Assembly: GCA_000182565.2 (NCBI GenBank)
Contig: KQ257451.1
Source of the DNA: Spizellomyces punctatus DAOM BR117
Lineage: Eukaryota
Direction: 5' to 3' (one strand)
DNA: 64,000 nt
Below are positions 49,424-61,479 of the stretch, piece by piece (the stretch's first letter is position 1; each line of letters begins with the position of its first letter). The position numbers and the translations under genes were made by a program. The notes below the pieces were generated by a model. The model was not told the origin of the DNA and did not search any database. It saw only the letters and a list, made by a program, of their open reading frames with translations.

Positions 49424-51063
49424 ATGCGGGCACTCTTCTGCTACCTTACAGCACTGGTAGCACTAGTAGCTGGATCAGGAGCATGGGGAAAGCCAGTGGG
49501 AGGTGCGCGAACCTTGGTAGTCTTGGAAAAACTTGAGGACAAGACTGAGTATGGGACTTTTTTGAAGAGCTTGGAGGGTGAGGGAGTTGATGTTGTCCAA
49601 TCAAGCCAACAGAGGCACTAACTGCAAAGCCGATCTCTTTACAGAGAGGGGTCACAACTTGAGCTTCAAGACTGCGTCTGAAGATGATTTCGGGCTGGTA
49701 GCGTACGAGGAGAGGAAATTTGATCACTTCCTTGTTCTTGCACCTGCTATTGCAAGTAAGTCAAGCTCTTCCCAAAACTGCATTCTAATATCCTGGTGAG
49801 CTCATAATGTCATACAGCGTTTGGAGGCCAGCAGGGAGTTGGAAACGTGCTTGATTTTATCGACAAAGGGGGAAACGTCCTTGTTGCAACGTCTTCAGAC
49901 ATATCGGATGCCATCCGAGACTTGACATACGAGTTCTCCGCCGATTTTGATGAAGCGGGATCAGCGGTCATTGACCACTTTCATGCCGTCAATGACGATC
50001 ACACACTCATCGCAGCGTCAGATTTCATCGGGAACGACGTTGCAGTGCCACCTGCTGTAAAGCAGGGACCACCAGTCTTGTTCCGAGGCGTTGCGCATCG
50101 ACTGACGGGAAAGAATCCTCTTGCGGAACCTCTCTTGATCGGTGCACCTACCGCTTATTCGTACGAAGCAAATGATCAAAATCCAGTCGAAGTAAACTTG
50201 ATTGTTGGAAAGGAAGTTGTACTCGTGTCATCGTTGCAGGCCAGAAATAACGCTAGGGTCGTGTTTGCGGGAAGTGTAGATATGTTTTCTGACAAGTAGG
50301 TCACCATGAAAAGGCAGTTGGTCAACATATGTGCTGACGCAACCTATTTTACAGACTGATTGATGCTCCAGTGAAATCCGGCGACAAACAGTATGTCTTT
50401 TTTCGCTAAAAGCACGGTTGTAAGGAATGCGCTAAAATGATTTGATGTCCTAAGGCATCAGAAATCTGGCAATCTGCCGTTTATTACTGCGTTGAGCAAA
50501 TGGGTTTTCCAGGAAAGTGGTGTTCTGAACGTCAACAGTAAGAAGCACCATCGTGAAAACGAAACCGCCCAACATGGCATCTACCGCATCAAGGATGACA
50601 TGGTATGTCACTCTTCACGTTCTCGATATATGACGAATTCGCTCATATTGGCTTGCCCTTGGTCCAGGTTTTCGAAATTAGTATTTCCGAATGGCGGGAC
50701 GATAAATGGCATCCGTTTACTCCTACGGACATGCAATTTGAAGCTGTAATGCTGGATCCCTACATTCGGACAAACTTGGTCCCACAACAATCGGGAACAC
50801 TTACAGCGCATTTCAAGCTCCCCGATCACTATGGCGTTTTTACTTTCAAAGTGGACTATAAGCGTCATGGGTACTCGTTCATTCACGAGGCGGAGACGGT
50901 GCAGATCCGGCCTTTTAGACATGATCAGTATCCGCGATTTTTGAGTCCGGCGTGGCCGTATTACGTGAATGTATTTAGTTTGATGGTGGCGTTTGTTCTA
51001 TTCTCTGGGGTCTTCTTGTGGAATAGGGATGTTGGGAGTAAGGTGAAAGTAAAGACAACCTAA
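49424..51063 (+). CDS. WBP1: Oligosaccharyltransferase subunit Wbp1/OST48
   Basis: Signal peptide, LDFIDKGGNVLV, LQARNNARVVFAGSVDMFSD, WVFQESGVL, MLDPYIR, FKLPDHYGVFTFKVDY, RPFRHDQYPRF, C-terminal TM with KVKTT. Confidence 0.96.
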
Positions 51064-51148
51064 GGCATGCGTGATGGCGGGTTGCTGTGGGAATTATCCG
51101 TTGTGAATAGATGTTTGTCGCCTTTGGATACAGCAATTACTTTTCTTA

Positions 51149-52755
51149 TCATTTTTTTGGGGAAACAGTAAATCCAAACTTTTCCAAGCTATTGCTGGCC
51201 CGTTTACTACCCTTCTCCTGATCCTGTGTTGTCTTCCCCTGATCAAACCCCATGCATTGGAGTAACTCGTCAAATTCCATCTCCCCGACGCTTCCCCCTG
51301 TCGCCTGCGCATGCCCTCTAGCAAATTCATCGCCCATTCTCTTTCTCAGCCCAGATTTAAGAGAAGAAAATTCTTCAAGGGTGGAGATGAGATCTATATG
51401 CTTGGCGCTAGAGGATCTGGATGCAATGCGGCATGCGAAATTTACGCGACCCGGAATGTAGCCTGCATTTGCGACCATGACGAATAGAAGTTTTGATGAT
51501 TTGAGGCTATTTGACTAAATAAAAAGCGTTTGTGAGAGGTATATGGAAAGGCAGAAGCACTTGGCCCGTACCCATCTGGAAGCGATCACTGGATGAACTT
51601 GAGCAGCTGAAGTGATACGGATAAGAGCAATTTTCCCTGTTTGTAAAGCGCAAATTGAGGTTAGCGAAGCACTCAGTTAATATGAACAGGAGTCCGTATA
51701 TACCGTCTGGTGAGAATTTTGGTGGAATTCGGGCGCATCTTTGAATCTCAGCATTGATTTCAGCCCGACATGCGGTCAGCGTCTCCAGTTCGGAACTCTG
51801 CCCAGACGTAATATCCGATGGAACTTGAGCCTTTATCAGTGCATTCCAAGATGGTCTAGGGTCACTTGATGACGTCCGTCGTGCTAGAATGAGAGAACTT
51901 AGGGGGACTCGATGACGATAATAAGACTCTCAGTTCCCACGCACGAGCATTGAGGAGAGCAACCAGCTCCCCTATTGTTTTCGATGTCAATTGGCTCCGT
52001 ACGACTGAGGGTAGATCTGGAAAAGGTGGAACCCATTTATGTGACCGGCCGAGATCTCCTGCCGTGCCCAAGACTGCCAGCCAGGCGAGTGTGCTTTGAA
52101 CCGAAGGATGAAGAGGTTCACAACAAATGTACGCAAGAAGACTAGCAGTTGCAACCGGCTCATGCCCGTAAGCGCTCAGAATCTAATATTTATGAATCAT
52201 GACGCCTTGGAATTCAACAGACATTTATTCGTTGCCTTTTTTACCTGTGCATGTTCAGGAAACTCCACACTTTGATGGTGGTCTATTATAAGCGTATTCG
52301 TGTCCTTGTCGACAATCGGCCCAGCCTTTCGACTTCCCTGATCAACCACTACAATAGCCCTAGCATGAACGGATTGCATGTTTTCCCGCTCATCATCTCT
52401 GTGAATGTTGGAGCCTTTGCCAACGAAATGAACTTTGATATCAGACTCTGGTACGCCCAAGAGCAAGAGTGTACGGTATATGATGGCCCCTCCGCAAAGC
52501 CCGTCGACATCTTTATCTGGAACGATGAGAATGGGTTTGGATTGTGGATCTGGTTGGGTGAGGGACTGGAGAAAGGTGCGTGCACTGCGTAGAGATGCAG
52601 GATCCGCTGGCCAATTTCGGTTATGAGGAGTGCGTACATCCTCATCTATAGTTTCACTTATGTTAGAAGTACAATGCGGTGAAGAATTGGGGTACTCATG
52701 CAAGAGTTATACCAGATTCGTGTAAGGCTGTATTACGTTTTCGTTTACCTCCCAT
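51149..52755 (-). CDS. DHH-family phosphoesterase (RecJ-like DHH plus DHHA1)
   Basis: PDKDVDGL (motif I), VVDQG (II), IIDHHQ (III), LGTAGDL (IV), LNARAW, FARGHAQATGG (variant of GGGH). ATG at 52755 (MGGKRKR). Confidence 0.88.
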
Positions 52756-53358
52756 TTTAAGTGAGTGCAACGTGTTAAGAAATTAATTGGCAGGATATGA
52801 CGGTTATCCAGAACACAGGGGAGTAAACTCAATATTATGTTTGTAAATGGGACTGCTCTTTTATGGGTTTATGGTGAGGTTCAAAGTCAATGCGGATGAA
52901 CAAGTCGATCGGGAGCGATCGCTGACGTGATTGTAAATACACGTGACCCAAGCGAAAGATAATGCTTTTGAAGTAAACTGTTCAGCAACAAGCCTACATG
53001 TGGTATGAGCAACAATAACGATGAGGAATTGGTGCACAGAGACTCATAGCCTCCATCTGCGTAGAGTTGTAATTGTCTCGCATATGGGAGCTGTATATGA
53101 TATCCTGCATACCTCATGCCTGATTCAGATGAGATATGGCAGAATATGAGGACTAAAAGCAGCGTGTAAAAAGTCTGTAACGGCACATATGGCGACAGGT
53201 GAACTTTTTGAGCTTGGGTAACTGAGTTGAGCCCAACGCCAAACCAACACTCTGCTCAAATACTCCAATGCCCGTCCTCAATCCATTGGTCACGTGGGAG
53301 TCAGGGCAATTGATCGTCGAGCTCTCAGCAGGTCCCTCACGATCAGAGTAATTCTGCA

Positions 53359-55443
53359 ATGGCTGCTCCAAAACGCAAGCGGGATGATGACGCTTCCAGA
53401 AGGGAGGATCGTCTTCCTCATATTCAGGCCATAACGAGCGTCTGCAAGCAAATCCGCGAAGAGGTCGGACAAGATGCCAAACGCCGTCGGACTCCCACAA
53501 CGGTGGACAAGGTCTGTGGAGCATGTCCCTCGTGTCCATCCATATCTTGCCTTCGAATAACGATTTTATTGTTGACAGCCTATCACGGAGCATCCTTCTC
53601 TATCTATACGAACGTCTGTGCAGTTCATGGAGTTGCTTCAGCTCCAAAGGGCTGCTTACAGTCACACAATAGCAAGGAAGCAAGCAACACAGGAAGCAAA
53701 ACATAGCATGGACCGGGTGCATTTGGATTTACAGAATATCAACTACGAAATACGTCACTTGGAAAAAGAGATTGCAGAGTGCGAAGAGCTTGAGTGAGTA
53801 TCCACAATTTCACGAGGTTGATTGGCTGGGGGAAGCGCTGACTCAAAACCTCCTTCAGGACCGAATATCAAAAGATCAAGCTTATTCCTGAACCTGAGTA
53901 TTACGCAATTGCCATGGAGAAAGGAGTAAATGTTGAAGACCCACATGAGTTAATGCTAAGTCGGCTCAATCACGAATTGGACGAGCGTACGAGACTGGTA
54001 CAAGAGGAGAAGGAATTGGCCAAGGAGTTGGAGGAGGTACTGGAGGAAAACCAAAAGGAATTGATAGATTTGGAGAAATTGGACAAGGAGCTGAGCGACA
54101 GTTTGAAGGTGCCAGGACACTGTTTGCGAGAAATGATTTGGGTAGGAGCAGGTGCTAATGCTAGGGTGCCAATTCTCAGGCTACTCTTCCTCTGCAAACT
54201 CGCTTGGGCATCACGAACAGTGAGAGACGAGAGGCAGCCGAGTTGGCAAAATTGCTTCCAACTGCCCTCTATGTGCTATATAAACACGCCGTAGGCTATT
54301 CGGAGACTTTCGGTATGTTAACTTAACTCATGAGCGCAGAATTTCGCAACTGCGAACGACTCATCTGCCATTTCTTAGAAAATAATCTTACTGTTGAGAT
54401 CTCCGGAGACACAGAACTGGCTGCGGTCCTCATAGGGGAACCCGCTGAGTCTGATCGGTCTCTGCAGCCGGAATCAGCTCATCAACGGTCACCGTCAGAA
54501 GAAGAAATGGAAGGGGAACAGGAGCCAAGTGGTGAACAGAAGGAGAGTGTAGGCCACCTCGACCGTTCAAAAACGTACTATAGGCGACATCCGTTGAGCG
54601 TATGTCTGACTGTCACTGAAACAGGTATGTGAAGCTCACCTGGTCTATCGCCGCGAGTGAAGCCTCATCTGGTTTCTTTCCTCAGACACTGCCGGGGCAC
54701 CGCAGATTGTAAAGCTTTCCTTTTCCTACCTTACCACCCTCAAGATTGTCGTCGTTTCTTCGGAATTCGTTCAACCCGTTGACTATATCCCGGCGGGGCT
54801 CATATGTACCAACCTGTTTCCCGGTGACGTAGGCAATGAATCACCCAATCCCGCCAATGCCTTTTTGGGGAGCGAGTAAGTAGTCTTGTGAACCACATGC
54901 GTTGTTTCAAGTGTGCTAATCGACCCCGTCTATCAATGCCAGCTCAAGCCCATTCCGCTTTGATACAACCGCCGCAAATGGCAACGCCTACACATGGGCC
55001 CAGTCCATCTGTGGCATAGAGTTTCCGTCGCATTTAGGAAACTATAGGCTGTATCTGACCAAATTGCCAAGTCTGCTACGCAATCGCGTAAGGTCTTTGA
55101 AAGGACTGGCCAAGCAGGTGGCCGATGTTGCTGCAGCAAAGAAGGGGACAGTATCAGGGTGGAAGCTGATCGAGGTAAAGTTTTGCGCAACTGTATCATT
55201 GTTGCGCTTTCAATGATAACCAACGACGTTTGCTGAATATAGATGGATGCATATGGTTGCGTCTACGAGGTGACAATCCAGAGTGCAGGTATGAATTGAC
55301 TTGTGGATCGGGCTGGGAGCTCATTTCTGATTGCATCCTGATATCTATCAGATCTCCTCAGCAAGGCGGAGTTTACACTGCCCCCTGCTACCAATGAAGC
55401 GGACATTGGGCTGACGATCAAGCAAGAAGGAAAGCCCGAATAG
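53359..55443 (+). CDS. THOC5: THO complex subunit 5 (FMIP/THOC5)
   Basis: MDRVHLDLQNINYEIRHLEKEIAEC, HELMLSRLNHELDER, LLPTAPLY-like segment, HPLSV, FSYLTTLKIV, NLFPGDVGNESPNP, AYTWAQSICG. Confidence 0.9.
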
Positions 55444-55549
55444 ATCTAATACCGTTATTTTCCTTGGTAATTGGGCTTTCAGATTTCTCTTTCAAAAAAA
55501 ATTATTCAAGAAGCTTCATTTATGATGGACATGAAATGTATTTGCAAAT

Positions 55550-56118
<569 letters not shown>

Positions 56119-56374
56119 TCACACTGAATGCTCTTTCACGCCCGTGACGAACGACAAGCACACCTGGCGTCTCTTGTTCTTTCAGTACAGATTAGCTTAT
56201 TTGCAAGGAAAAAGCGTCATCACCTGTCGCCTGAAAGTGCGCAGGAAGAGCAACCGATCGCCTTACGTCGAGGAACTCCCATATAATAGCAAGCGGGAGA
56301 GAAAAAAAATACTATCACGTGATATCAAAATTGGAATGTGGGTGAAGTGTATTTAGGTCAGATCCGATATTTCA

Positions 56375-57107
56375 ATGATCGTCATGCCGCCGTCAAGTTC
56401 AAACGCATTTGAGGTTCTGCAAGAAGAGCAAAGCTCAATAGAGGATACAGAGCAGGGTGATGAGGATGCAAAGATAGTAAGAGCCCGGGGTGACAACATA
56501 AGGGCAGCAACTGAGTTGCCAACGTCGGACGATGGCGTCAAGGTGACAAAGAAAAAAAAGAAAAAAAAGAAGCAATCAAAGGACAACGCTGATGACGAAG
56601 AGCAAGTCGCAGAACTTGTTGAAAGAATTGAAAGGTGCTGTTTGTATCTGGTATGCGCTGTTGTCACTGTATAAACATTGTACCTTGTCTTTTGCAGTGC
56701 GATCCCCGCTGCACCAACAAATCAGTGCGCCCTGCCAAAGTGCCAGGCAAAGACAGGTGTACTTGGAGTAGTTTGCGACTTTTGCAAGCGCAAGTTTTGC
56801 ATGGGTAAGAAGATAAAGGAACCATCAAAGGGATTTGCTATCCTATATCTAATGGCCATTACGCACGTCAGCACATCGGCATCCAGAGAGCCATTCGTCT
56901 CGTTGTGCAGAACTCAAACAGAATGCAGAGCGTGTTACTCATCGGCGAGATGCATCACTCATCATTGAAGCCAACAAGCGCGATCCTGGTGTTGCGAACA
57001 GGGTGGGTGGCATCCAAAAGGAACGTCAGGATGCAAAAAGGAGACTGCAGGAGAGAATTGAGCGTGCAACGTTAGATAGGAAAGCAAAGGACAAAGGGAA
57101 GAAATAA
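56375..57107 (+). CDS. Small AN1-type zinc-finger protein
   Basis: CALPKC...CDFCKRKFCM/AHRHPESH..C across exons; Lys-rich N-terminus; C-terminal helix ending KGKK*. Confidence 0.8.
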
Positions 57108-57369
57108 GGACGCTGAACGCTTTCAGAGTAGCCTTCTTTTATCCTACGAAACTGTAGATATGATATTACGTAAGCACAATGTAGTGAGCAATCTTCCATG
57201 TTCTCGGGTCCATCTCGTTTGTCTCTTTAAACACTTGCCCCACGTGAGCGACTAGTCGGCTTTCCAACCCCCTACCCGCGATCATCGTTTTGCTGAAATT
57301 CATGTTTTAATATCGGAGAGTAATAAAACCCAACGTTACCAATAAGCACCCCCGGCGCCCTTTAATTGT

Positions 57370-57935
57370 ATGATAGTATATGGAGATATGCCCTCTCATA
57401 CATCACATCTGTACCCTCACGTGCATCCCTTTTGCATGTGCAAACGTCCCAATCCATCGGATGTGGGGTGTAGGGGGACAGAATGAAAAAGCAACAAACG
57501 GCGGGGGCGTCACGCTTCTCTCAATCCTGTTATCACTTATCTCAATAGGCAATGATAAACGCTATCTGGTTTCATTGCGGGATAGAACGGATGGAACAGC
57601 AACAAACCTCGAAAAGATAAGGATGTGATTCCAACCATATTCGAATGTACATTCCAGATAGTGCTATCTAATGGTTGGACAATCGCAGAGTCACCAGGCG
57701 GAGTTTGTCTCCCTCCATACTCGCTTCCTTGAACCTACTGCCAGCTCAACAACAAGGTTTTTCCTTGAGCTACTCTTCCAAATATGTGCGCAACACTCAA
57801 ACAAGGGAGACAAGATAGGGAAATACAACAATGGTTATCTCTTTTCTAGATGGACGATGCGGCTAGGGGAGATGGTCTCACATGGGTTGAGGAAACCCAA
57901 ACGAATTTGCCCGACAGGCTGAGGGTTATAAAAGG
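57370..57935 (+). promoter_or_regulatory. Ammonium transporter promoter: GATA cluster plus TATA box
   Basis: At least ten GATA/TATC cores (e.g. 57531, 57538, 57554, 57563, 57581, 57616, 57657, 57665, 57814, 57836) and TATAAAA at 57927. Confidence 0.7.
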
Positions 57936-58063
57936 ATGTAAAGGATCAACCTTCCTCAACTCCCACAGTTCAGCGACTCCTCTTGTTCTCAACACTCCCA
58001 AAATAAAAACAACTCGGCGCGGAATATTGCGAAACACACATTTTCCTTGGGCTTCATCTTACA

Positions 58064-59634
58064 ATGTCAGCCGTGGCCGTTAAGAACGTTGATGGCGGAG
58101 ACGTCTACGTCGCCGGGTCAGCCATCATCAACAATGCTACCAACTCTGGGCCTGTTCAATTCACGGAAACCGGTTACGCATCCACCGGATTTCTTCTCTG
58201 GGGTGCCGCGATGGTCTTCTTGATGACCCCCGGTTTGGGATTATTCTACTCTGGAATGTCACGGACCAAAAACTCCCTATCATTGATCATGATCAGTATG
58301 TTGGCTATGTCAGTCATCACCATTCAGGTAAGATGAAATATGCGATAGATGCATTTTCACGCGTGAGCAATCCTCTAACAGGCTGGTGATTACAGTGGTT
58401 CCTCTTTGGCTTTTCACTCGCCTTTTCAGAAACTGGTGGATCATTCATTGGAAACTTCAAGCACGGCGGATTCACAGGACTCGGTGCTGCCGCCCTCCCA
58501 ATGACTGCTCCCCAAGTTCCCGGTATCCTCTTCGCTCTTTACCAGATGCAATTCGCCACAATCACCGCCGCCATCATTTTTGGCTCCATTGCCGAACGTA
58601 TTCGTATGGTACCCGCTATGATCTTCATTTTCCTATGGAGTACTATCGTCTACGACCCCGCAGCCTACTGGACATGGTCTGCTCGCGGATGGATAAAGTC
58701 TGTCTCCTGCGTTAACACCATCCTTTCTGAACTTCCCTGTGGAATTGGCGGTCTTGACTTTGCTGGAGGAGGCCCTGTTCACATTGCCTCTGGATTCGCT
58801 GGCCTCGCTTACTGTCTCGTGTTGGGCAAGCGTCGTCGCGTTGGGGAGGAAGAATTCAAGGCGCATAACCTAACCAACGTCTTCCTGGGTACTGGCCTCC
58901 TCTGGTTCGGTTGGTTCGCCTTCAACGGTGGTTCTGCTGTCGCTGCCACTCCTCGCGCCGCTATGGCTGGCCTTGTGACAACCCTTGCTGCTGCCTCTGG
59001 ATCCATGGCGTGGGTGTTTTACGATTACTTGCACAAAAGCAAAATGTCTGGTCTCGGATTCTGCTCAGGCGCCGTTGCTGGATTGGTCGGTATCACACCT
59101 GCTGCCGGTTACGTTGCACCCTGGGCAGCCTTCATTATCGGCGCAGTTGCTGCTGTCGTTTGCAACATGGCCTGTAGGCTCAAGGGACGTCTCGGCTTTG
59201 ATGACACCCTTGACGCGTGGGGTGTTCACGGTATTGGTGGTCTTGCGGGCGACTTTATGACGGGTCTCTTTGCGCAAAAGTGGATAGCCCAACTTGACGG
59301 CGGTGTTATCGACGGTGGATGGGTCGACGGAAACTTCAAGCAGCTCGGATACCAGCTCGCTGGATCTGTTACCATTGCGGCCTGGTCGTTCACAATCAGC
59401 TACATCATTCTGTTCATCATGAACAAAATCCCCGGTTTGCATCTCCGCCCAACAGAAGCAGATGAATTGATCGGAAACGATCTTACCGAGCTCGGCGAGC
59501 ACGCGTACGAAATCGTACCCGCAAGTGCACCCCACCAGAACATTGCGGTAATGGCCGAGCGGCCAAAGCCCGAACCCGAGAAGCCTGCACGACAGGATTC
59601 CCACACATGGAATGAGAAGGTCGAGGTCCAATAA
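58064..59634 (+). CDS. Ammonium transporter (Mep/Amt family)
   Basis: MTPGLGLFYSGM, YQMQFATIT, DFAGGGPVHIASG, LLWFGWFAFNGGS, GLVGITP, DDTLDAWGVHG (twin His intact). One intron. Confidence 0.97.
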
Positions 59635-60605
59635 ACTCCAACTCCTTTCAAGTTACCCCCAGTCATCCGCACAATCGCTCGCACCTACCTCAGAACCTCG
59701 TCTCTTCTTGTCCGAAAATCCCTTTTGAGACTTTTTACCCACCGTGAAAAGACATGTAACTCTTCTGTATCTCTGAAAGCGTGCTTCAGAGATGTTTCAT
59801 ATATAATAGTTTATTTGTACATTTGTCGGAATAAATCATAATTGACCAAAAAGTCTGTGCACTTTGTGAACTTGGTTTTCTGCGGTATTTGCAATGTCTC
59901 CAGACAGGTTTCCACAAACTTGAAGACATGCCCCCTGGCTTGATACTGTGTATTTCAAATGTTGGGCCGTCGTTCTTCCAGCGTCAGGAAGGACCATTAA
60001 CGAGGAGGAACTGACACGTCCCGGCAAACAGCTAGCTCAGAGCACGGATAACTGGAAAATCCCAGCCGCCAAAATTCTCTGAGCCCAGGTCCGCATTTTG
60101 GTTTGATGTTGCTCTGATGTCTGGACTTGGTCGGCCATCACTGCTAAAGCACAGGACCGACAAGCAATTGGCAAAGCGTCAAGATCTCCGGTCAGTACAG
60201 AATTGATCAAGGATCGCACAGAGTATATGAGGCGGCTGTCAGTCGTCTTCAGACTAGTGCTCGGCTCTAGACCCGGATGCCTTCCTTCCAGCAACCAACA
60301 TTGGAGAATCACTTGGTTGTTTAACCCTTCTGGACGTCGAATGCCGAGCAGCCTGCCGAGCAGAAAATTCAAGTTGCTATAACCAAAACGGGATTAATGG
60401 TGAGTTTTTCACGTGATACGCAATATAGCCATATCGGGACTAATGATATTACATCTACTAATATAAAAGCAGGTCGTTCCCGCGCACCCCGCCAACATCT
60501 ATACTCATCTCTTTCACACTTCAACTCGAAATTCAAAGCAGCACTTGAGTGCAAACACTTTGTACATCTTCTCATCACCCGTTTACCTATCCGTAACCGT
60601 TCAAC

Positions 60606-61194
60606 ATGCCCAAGGCAAAGTCTGACAAGGTGTCATCCCCCAAGAAGGCTGGTGAGTGTCGGACACGCCTGGACATTCTCCCTGTGAGAACCTAGCTTGG
60701 CAGAGTGCAGGCAGGCTGCAGGTTCTCACACACCCTTTGCAAGCCACTTGGCGCATTGCGTAGTCCTGAATTCGGCTTGCGAGGTCGTGCCCCGCCTAAT
60801 AATACATGGTTCTCACCTTCATTTTTCCCACAGCTGCTGGATCCAAGCGTGGTGCCTCTCCCTACAACCTCTTCATGAAGGTGAGTCAAAGGGACCTCGC
60901 TGCTGCTGTTGCAGTGTTACGGTCTGCAGTAGTGAAGGGACTTGGTCCCAAGCTGCACTTATGATGTCAATAATCTCATCATTGTATATGAACCTTCACA
61001 GTCTGAGCTCGCAAAAGTGAAGGCCGAAACACCTACAATTGGGCACAAGGAGGCTTTCAAAGTTGCTGCATGTACGTAATGAGAGCATTTTGAAGCGTTT
61101 GCTGCTGCTGTACTTGACGGCACCGTTGACATATGAATTACTCTTTACAGCGCGGTGGAAGGATGCACCAGAGAACCCCAAGAACAAGAAATGA
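60606..61194 (+). CDS. 68-aa four-exon YABBY/HMG-box-like DNA-binding microprotein
   Basis: Exons 60606-60651, 60834-60880, 61002-61071 and 61151-61194 join in phase to MPKAKSDKVSSPKKAAAGSKRGASPYNLFMKSELAKVKAETPTIGHKEAFKVAASRWKDAPENPKNKK*. Confidence 0.88.
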
Positions 61195-61479
61195 AGTGGA
61201 GGAGGAGGAATCGTTGAGGACGCTTTGGTTTAGCAGTCGCTAACACCCGTGGCCGTCGCCACGCTTTTGTATATATCGTTCTTTTAATCCGAATTTGTAT
61301 CACCTTGTGTGACCTGTCGTCTTCATGTTCGTTGCAAATGTCAGATTCTGCCACCCATCCTACGTTTTCTTCATGCCTCATACCATGGCTACTCTATGAT
61401 TGCCAAATTGCTGTAACTGAACGGATACGATATCTAATACCGTCTGTCGCCTCGTTTGCCCCTTTCCACTGTCTTTGAA

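Noticed and set aside
59800-60580. Short ORFs downstream of the ammonium transporter
   Set aside because: No domain similarity or coherent exon chain; treated as intergenic/promoter.
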